Source: an uncultured Acidobacteriota bacterium
GTDB taxonomy: Bacteria > Acidobacteriota > Vicinamibacteria > Vicinamibacterales > UBA2999
DNA: 64,000 bases
Direction of reading: 5' to 3'
NCBI GenBank assembly: GCA_963707795.1
Contig: OY970174.1
Coordinates: 2,277,833-2,341,832, forward strand
Each line of letters begins with the position of its first letter. Position 1 is the first letter of the stretch. Both the position numbers and the translations under genes were made by a program. The notes beneath the pieces were generated by a model. The model was not told the origin of the DNA. It did not search any database and saw only the letters and a list, made by a program, of their open reading frames with translations. Of this stretch, positions 58,742 through 64,000 are shown one piece after another.

Positions 58742-59515
58742 CCAGCAACGGCAGCCTGACCGCGGTCGTGGCCGACGACGAGCAGCTGGCGCGTGAGGAG
58801 TTGTGCTTCCTGCTGGGGAAGATCGACGGGATGGCGGTGGTGGCGCAGGCTGCCGACGGTGTGCAGGCCCTCGCCGACATCACCCGACTGGAGCCGGACG
58901 TCGCCTTCCTCGACGTCCAGATGCCCGGCTTGACCGGGTTCGAGGTCGCCCGCCGGCTGCTCGAGCACGGCACCGACCTGGCCGTGGTGTTCGTCACGGC
59001 ATTCGATCACCGGGCGATCGAGGCGTTCGAGGTCAACGCCGTCGATTACGTCCTCAAGCCGGTGGACCCGGGACGGCTGGAACAAGCCGTGCAGAGGGTC
59101 CGCAAGCGCCGGACCGAGCCGCCGCTGGGCGACCAGCTCGAGCGGCTCGTCCGGCTGATGTCCGGGCAGAAAGACCGGCGCAATCAGGTCGCGGTCAGAA
59201 TGGCCGACCGGATCGCCCTGGTACAGGCCGAGGACATCATCTATGCCTCCCTCTCGGAGGATTCGATTAGTATTGTGACTGGGCAGGTCTCGGGAACGTC
59301 TAACTATCGGACTCTCGACGAGTTGCAGGCCCGGCTGGATCCCGAGGTGTTCTGGCGGGTTCACCGCTCACACCTCGTCAACATCAACAAGATCAAGGAG
59401 ATCGTGCCTTGGTTCAGCAGGAACTACATTCTGAGGATGAACGGACGCCAAGGCGACCGAGATTCCGGTCAGCCGCACGCAGACCCGCCGGTTGCGGGAA
59501 TACCTGAAACTGTAG
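58738..59515 (+). pseudogene. LytR/AlgR-family (LytTR) response regulator, one frameshift near the 3' end
   Basis: GTGA overlap with the kinase stop. Receiver domain plus LytTR (FWRVHRSHLVNINKI). After ...NYILRMN an extra G at about 59443 shifts the frame. The corrected tail is DAKATEIPVSRTQTRRLREYLKL, with a stop at 59513-59515. Confidence 0.8.
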
Positions 59516-59660
59516 TACCGGCGAATTCGAGCACTCGCAGCCCCTGCCCGGCTTCGAGCGGACCTTCGACCCGGCCGGCGACCTCGACCGGCCGCTGCAG
59601 CTCGAGGAAACCACCCCTTCGCCCGCCCCTCCCTTCGACGTCGCCGGCCGGCCGGCGCAG

Positions 59661-60234
59661 GTGGGGGCGCTGCGGGCGCCGCTCGACGACCGGTCGTCCC
59701 TCATCCTCCGCCGCCTCGAGCTGTGGCGGGACGAGTTCGTCGCCTGGGTCAAGACCCTCGCCTCCGCCGCCGTCTACGCGACCCTGATCGTCACCTTCGG
59801 CTTCCAGGTGGCGCGCGTCGAGGGCCAGAGCATGGCGCCGACCCTTGCCGATCAGGACCGCCTGATCGTCAACAAGCTCGCCTACCGCATCGCCGATCCG
59901 CAGCGCGGCGACATCGTGATGCTCTACTACCCGCTCAACCCCGACAAATCGTTCGTCAAGCGGGTGATCGCGGAAGAAAGCAACACCGTGCGGATCGTGG
60001 ATGGCCGCGTCTACGTCAACGACGTGCCGCTGCGCGACGACTACGTGCCCGCCCGAGTACCGCAGCCACGACGACTGGGGGCCGCAAGTGATCCCGGAGG
60101 GCTATTACTTCGTCATGGGCGACCACCGCAACAACAGCTCCGACAGCCGGCACTGGGGGTTCGTCCCGAAGAAGTACATCATCGGCAAGGTGCAGCTCAG
60201 GTGGTGGCCCGTTCCGAGCGGGCGCGTCTTCTAG
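59661..60234 (+). pseudogene. lepB: signal peptidase I, one frameshift
   Basis: GQSMAPTL (catalytic Ser) and VKRVIA (Lys) lie in ORF 59661..60305. The C-terminus GDHRNNSSDSRHWGFVP lies in ORF 60001..60234. The frames join at about 60047-60052 (CCCGCCC). Confidence 0.85.
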
Positions 60235-60271
60235 CCGCGCGACCCGGACCGCAGCTTCCGCTGGCCGCGTC

Positions 60272-61178
60272 GTGGACCGCTCCGCCGCCGTCTCCCGCGT
60301 CCTGATTCGCGTCCTCGTCCTCAACCTGCTCGTCGCCGGCGCCAAGATCGCGCTCGGCCTCGCCACCGGCGCGGTCAGCGTGTTGTCCGACGGGTTCCAC
60401 TCGCTGACCGACGGCGGTTCGAACGTGGTGGCGCTGGTCGGCGTGCGGATTGCCCGGCGGCCGCCCGATGCCGACCATCCCTACGGGCATCGCAAGTTCG
60501 AGACCATGGCCTCGGTCGCGATCCTGCTCTTCCTGCTCATGGCGCTGGTGCAGGTCCTGTGGGCGGCAGTGCAGCGCCTGCAGGCGCCCACCGCCATCGA
60601 GGTGCCGGCCGTGAGCTTCGTCGTGATGGTCGCCACGCTCGTCGTCAACACCGGGGTCGTCGTCTACGAGCGCCGCGCCGGCCATCGCCTGGCCAGCCCG
60701 GTGCTGCTCGCCGACGCGCACCACACGCAAAGCGACCTGCTGACGTCGGCGACGGTCATCGCCGCACTGGTGGGTGTCCGCGCCGACCTGCCGCTCCTCG
60801 ACCCGGTCGCGGCGATCGTCGTGGCCGGATTCATCGGCTATGCGTGCTGGAAGATCTTCCAGGACACGACGCGGATCCTGGCCGACGAGATCGTCATTGC
60901 CGCCGAGGACATCCGGCCCGTCGTGCCGACGGTCCCCGGCGTGCTCGGCTGCGAGAAAATCCGGTCGCGCGGCGCCGCCGACCACGTGTTCCTCGATCTG
61001 CACGTCTGGATGGACCCGATCGATGCGGCTCGACGAGGCCCATCGCGTCTCGCACATCGTCAAGGACCGCATCATGGAGCGGTTTCCGCAGGTGAAGGAC
61101 GCGGTGATTCATATCGAACCGCCGCCGCGCGGACAGGATGCCGGCCCGAGTACGGCACGCGCGACTTCAGGGCGTTGA
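60272..61178 (+). pseudogene. cation diffusion facilitator (CDF) transporter, one frameshift
   Basis: SDGFHSLTD and LADAHHTQSD motifs. After ...LHVWMDP the frame shifts at about 61019 to SMRLDEAHRVSHIVKDRIMERFPQVKDAVIHIEP (ORF 60774..61178). Confidence 0.8.
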
Positions 61179-62213
61179 TCGGCCGTTCCATCAGGTGCCA
61201 GGACAGCGCGGCGACGCCGACCGTGACGCCCGCGAGCACGACCAGGCGCAGCGGCTCCGGCAGCGCCCGGCTGTTCACACCGACGCCGGCGAGCAGGTCG
61301 CCGGCAAACCCGTGTGCCAGGTAGAGGCCGTAGCTGATGCGGCCGAGGTAGACGAGCAGGTGCGGCGGCGAGGAGCCGCCCCGCGGGTCCGCGGAAGCCC
61401 TCCGCCGCGCCGAGCACGAGCCACGCGAACGCCACGGCCTGGAACAGCTGCTTCGCCGCCACGAGCGCGAGCGGCAGCGCGGCGCCTGCAGCCTCCGCCG
61501 CAATCGCGGCCACCCAGCCCAGCGCGCCGACCGCGGCCGCCGCATGCCACAGCCTGCGGCCGTCGGGCGCGTCCGTCATCCCGGCGTCCGCTCCGCGCGA
61601 ACCGGGACGATGCAGCGCCAGGAGCGCGCCCAGCCCCAGCGAGTCCAGGCAGCCCGGCATCAGCACGGCCCACAGATTCTCGCGGTACCCGGCGCTGCCC
61701 AGCACCCAGCGGAACACGGGCGCCGCGAGGACCGCGGCCGCCACCAGCGGCGTCAGCCACCGCCGCGGGGCGAACACGATGATCCACGGCCAGAGCAGAT
61801 AGAACTGCTCCTCGACGGCCAGCGACCAGAGGTGGCTGATCGAGCCTGGCCAGGTCTCGGTCAGGAAGATCTGGACGTTCGACAGGTAGCTGACGTGCCA
61901 GCCGAGCGTCTCGCGAACGGGTGGAACGCCGGCCCACCAGGCGAGGACGAGCGTCGCGTAGAAGGCCGGGAAAAATCCTGAGCGCGCGCCGGAGGTAGAA
62001 CGCGCGGATCGCGCCCGCGCGGTCGGCCTGCCCGCGCACGGCAAGGAGAATCCCCGTGATCAGGAACCCGCTCAGCACGAAGAAGAGGTGCACGCCGGCG
62101 CCGAACGGAATGCCGAACTGGAGCGATCGCTCCCAGTGCGACCAGGCCACGGCCGCGACCGCGACGGCGCGGAGGCCGTCGAGCTGCGGGCGGTAGGTCG
62201 CGTCAGTAGCCAA
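61072..62213 (-). pseudogene. acyltransferase family 3 membrane protein, two frameshifts
   Basis: TTG at 62213. YRPQLDGLRAVAV...HLFFVLSGFLI, then shifts at the A5/T5 run 61971-61975 and at about 61365-61372. Three ORF-track pieces are involved (61275..62306, 61109..62044, 61072..61545). Confidence 0.7.
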
Positions 62214-63188
62214 GCGCGGGCTCGACCCGGAACAGGACCGGCTCGCCGCGGCGGAAGCGCCGCAGGTTCTCGGTGAACAGGTCGGTGACCTCGTCCCAGT
62301 GTCCATGGCGGAAGCCCGACGTGTGCGGCGTCAGGATCACGTTGGGAAGCGTCCAGAGCGGATCGTCGGCGGGCAGCGGCTCGCGGTGGAACACGTCGAG
62401 GGAGGCTCCGCCCAGGTGTCCCGCCTGCAGCGCCTCGGTCAGCGCCACGTGGTCCACGATGCGCGCCCGCCCCACGTTGACGAGCACCGCGCCGCGCTTC
62501 ATGCGCGCCAGCTGCGGCGCCCCAATCATGTTCTCGGTCTCGGCCGTCAGCGGCGCCGCGATGACCACGACGTCGGCGCGCTCGAGGAGCTGCGGCAGCC
62601 CGCCGGGCGGGAACATCTCGTCCACGCCGTCCAGGCCGGCATCCTTCGGCCGTCGCGTCACCGCGATCACGGACATGCCGAAGGCCGACGCCAGCCGCGC
62701 GATGGCCGTGCCAATCGTCCCGGCGCCGACGAGCCCCAGCGTCTTGCCGTGCAGCAGCCATGGCAGCCGTCTCGCCCGCCAGGTCGTTCTGCGCCCAGTG
62801 CCGGCGCCGCTGCGCATCGACAATCGAGCGGCAGCCGCTTGGCGAGGGCGAGCAGACGGCCATGACGTGCTCGGCGATGGGCCGCGACTGCACCCCGCGC
62901 GAGTTGCTGACCAGGACCTGCCGCGCGAACAACTCGGGCAGGCACAGCGTCTCCACCGCGACGGCCGACGAGTGGACCCAGCGCAGGTTGGGGGCGGCGG
63001 CCAGTTCCGCGGGCGACAGGATCCAGGTGAAGGCCACGTCGGCCTCGGCCAGCGCCGCGCGCGCGCAAGTCGTCATCGGTCGCGTGCAGGAAGTCGACGT
63101 CCGGGAACCGCTGCCGCAGCACGTCGACGCTCGCCGGCGGAATCTGCCAGGCGCGAACCGGCTGCTGGATGGAGATGAGGGCGCGCAT
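62203..63188 (-). pseudogene. D-isomer-specific 2-hydroxyacid dehydrogenase, about four frameshifts
   Basis: The N-terminus MRALISIQQP... (ORF 62667..63188), middle AALAEADVAFTWILSP...IAEHVMAV (ORF 62072..63076) and C-terminus GKTLGLVGAGTIG...TPHTSG (ORF 62203..62823) must be joined. The shifts are at about 63053-63066, 62856, 62825 and 62770. Confidence 0.75.
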
Positions 63189-63200
63189 GGAACAGTCGGA

Positions 63201-63262
63201 GGGGAACTACGAACGAAGGACGAAGAACGAAGAACGGGAACGGGGAACGAAGAACGAAGAAC
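63201..63262 (+). repeat. tandem heptanucleotide array, 9 units of GRRGAAC
   Basis: GGGGAAC TACGAAC GAAGGAC GAAGAAC GAAGAAC GGGAAC GGGGAAC GAAGAAC GAAGAAC, phased by hand. It fills the gap between the moaC stop and the dehydrogenase start. Confidence 0.85.
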
Positions 63263-63268
63263 GGCGGG

Positions 63269-63805
63269 TCATGAGCGTGCCTGTGTGCGGCGCGGTGTGG
63301 GGCGGCGGGCCGTGGCGCGCGGGCGCTGGTAGTCGCCCGAGCGGCCGCCGCGCTTCGACAGCAGGCAGATGTCGCCGATGACCATCGTCTTGTCCACCGC
63401 CTTGACCATGTCGTAGAGCGTCAGCGCGGCCACGGCCACCGCGGTGAGCGCTTCCATTTCGACGCCGGTCTGCGCCGACGTCCGGGCGCGCGCTTCGATG
63501 GCGTAGCCGCCGCGCACCGGCGTGATGTCGACGGTGACCACGGTGAGCGGCAGCGCATGGCAGAGCGGGATCAGTTCGGCGGTGCGCTTGGCGGCCATGA
63601 TGCCGGCCAGCCGCGCCGCCTGCAGCGGGTCGCCCTTCTGGATCCGGCCGGCCTGCACCAGACGCCGCGCCGCCGGCGTCATCGTCAGACGTCCCCGGGC
63701 CACCGCTTCGCGATCGGTCACCGCCTTGTCGCCCACGTCCACCATCCGGACACGCCCCCGGGCGTCCACGTGACTGAGCCGCGGTGCGTTCGTCGCTCGT
63801 GCCAT
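63269..63805 (-). CDS. moaC: cyclic pyranopterin monophosphate synthase MoaC
   Basis: [18 protein letters not shown]...IPLCHALPL...[13 protein letters not shown] at 63805. The ORF track starts at a TTG at 63817. Confidence 0.9.
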   Translation of the reverse strand: MARATNAPRLSHVDARGRVRMVDVGDKAVTDREAVARGRLTMTPAARRLVQAGRIQKGDPLQAARLAGIMAAKRTAELIPLCHALPLTVVTVDITPVRGGYAIEARARTSAQTGVEMEALTAVAVAALTLYDMVKAVDKTMVIGDICLLSKRGGRSGDYQRPRATARRPTPRRTQARS

Positions 63806-63818
63806 CAGCTTCCTCAAT

Positions 63819-63967
63819 CAGGCCCCAGGCCCCAGGCCTCAGGCGCCAGGTATCCCAGGCGCCAGGCTCCAGGCCTCAGGCTCCAGGCCTCAGGCCCCAG
63901 GTCCCAGGTCCCAGGCTCCAGGCCCCAGCCCCCTGATCCCTGAAACCTGAAACCTGAAACCTGATCA
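63819..63967 (+). repeat. tandem heptanucleotide array, about 16 units of CAGGNNC followed by CTGAAAC x3
   Basis: CAGGCCC CAGGCCC CAGGCCT CAGGCGC ... CAGGTCC CAGGTCC CAGGCTC CAGGCCC, then CTGATCC CTGAAAC CTGAAAC CTGAAAC CTGATCA. It lies immediately upstream of moaC. Confidence 0.9.
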
Positions 63968-64000
63968 GTCTGGATCAATGCCCTGTGCCAGATAGAACGA

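Noticed and set aside
59443-63066. Programmed ribosomal frameshifting as an explanation for the frame changes
   Set aside because: There are no shared slippery heptamers or downstream structures. The events occur in unrelated genes and contexts, both +1 and -1, with several in homopolymer or GC-repeat runs.

Overview
The window is a very GC-rich chromosomal segment. Gene content (CarboxypepD_reg-type TonB receptor, BatA/MoxR/DUF58/DUF4159 cluster, FHA-GAF-PP2C signalling) suggests Acidobacteriota or Gemmatimonadota, but this cannot be proven from sequence alone. I support about 58 protein-coding genes. I found no rRNA, tRNA or CRISPR.

Main blocks, left to right:
- Divergent arsM/arsR pair with a clear two-palindrome operator region.
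- DASS-family anion permease and a frameshifted TonB-dependent receptor.
- glgC and an orphan OmpR-type response regulator.
- Phosphate/polyphosphate supercluster: CHAD-sixA-lipid kinase diverging from ppx-pstSCAB-phoU, with Pho-box-like repeats.
- Small low-GC islet holding an IS5-like transposase remnant and a VOC gene.
- yacG-gltA and an M28 peptidase.
- A zinc-ribbon / FHA-GAF-PP2C / LeuA-like operon.
- A rhomboid homologue with catalytic residues substituted.
- An 18.7-kb co-directional minus-strand run made of two parts: a KAS-GGR-ICMT-PIG-V lipid-type operon, and a 14-kb eight-gene operon (TPR-HExxH peptidase, DUF4159, MoxR, DUF58, BatA-VWA, a giant coiled-coil protein, VWA-GATase-like, legumain-like).
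- lon, a glycosyltransferase-like gene, M24 peptidase, thioesterase, PmtA-like methyltransferase, and a YitJ-like fusion.
- An orphan nuoI coupled to a phosphoesterase.
- lytS/lytT-like two-component system, lepB, a CDF transporter, an acyltransferase, a 2-hydroxyacid dehydrogenase, and moaC.

Best candidates for a second look:
- The extended MoxR/VWA/protease operon.
- The KAS-GGR-ICMT-PIG-V cluster.
- Three intergenic tandem heptanucleotide arrays.
- The apparently inactive rhomboid.
- About 15 single-base frameshifts, heavily concentrated at 59.4-63.1 kb. These are either assembly indels or real gene decay.

Many long ORFs in the supplied track are antisense or out-of-frame artefacts of high GC and were not called.
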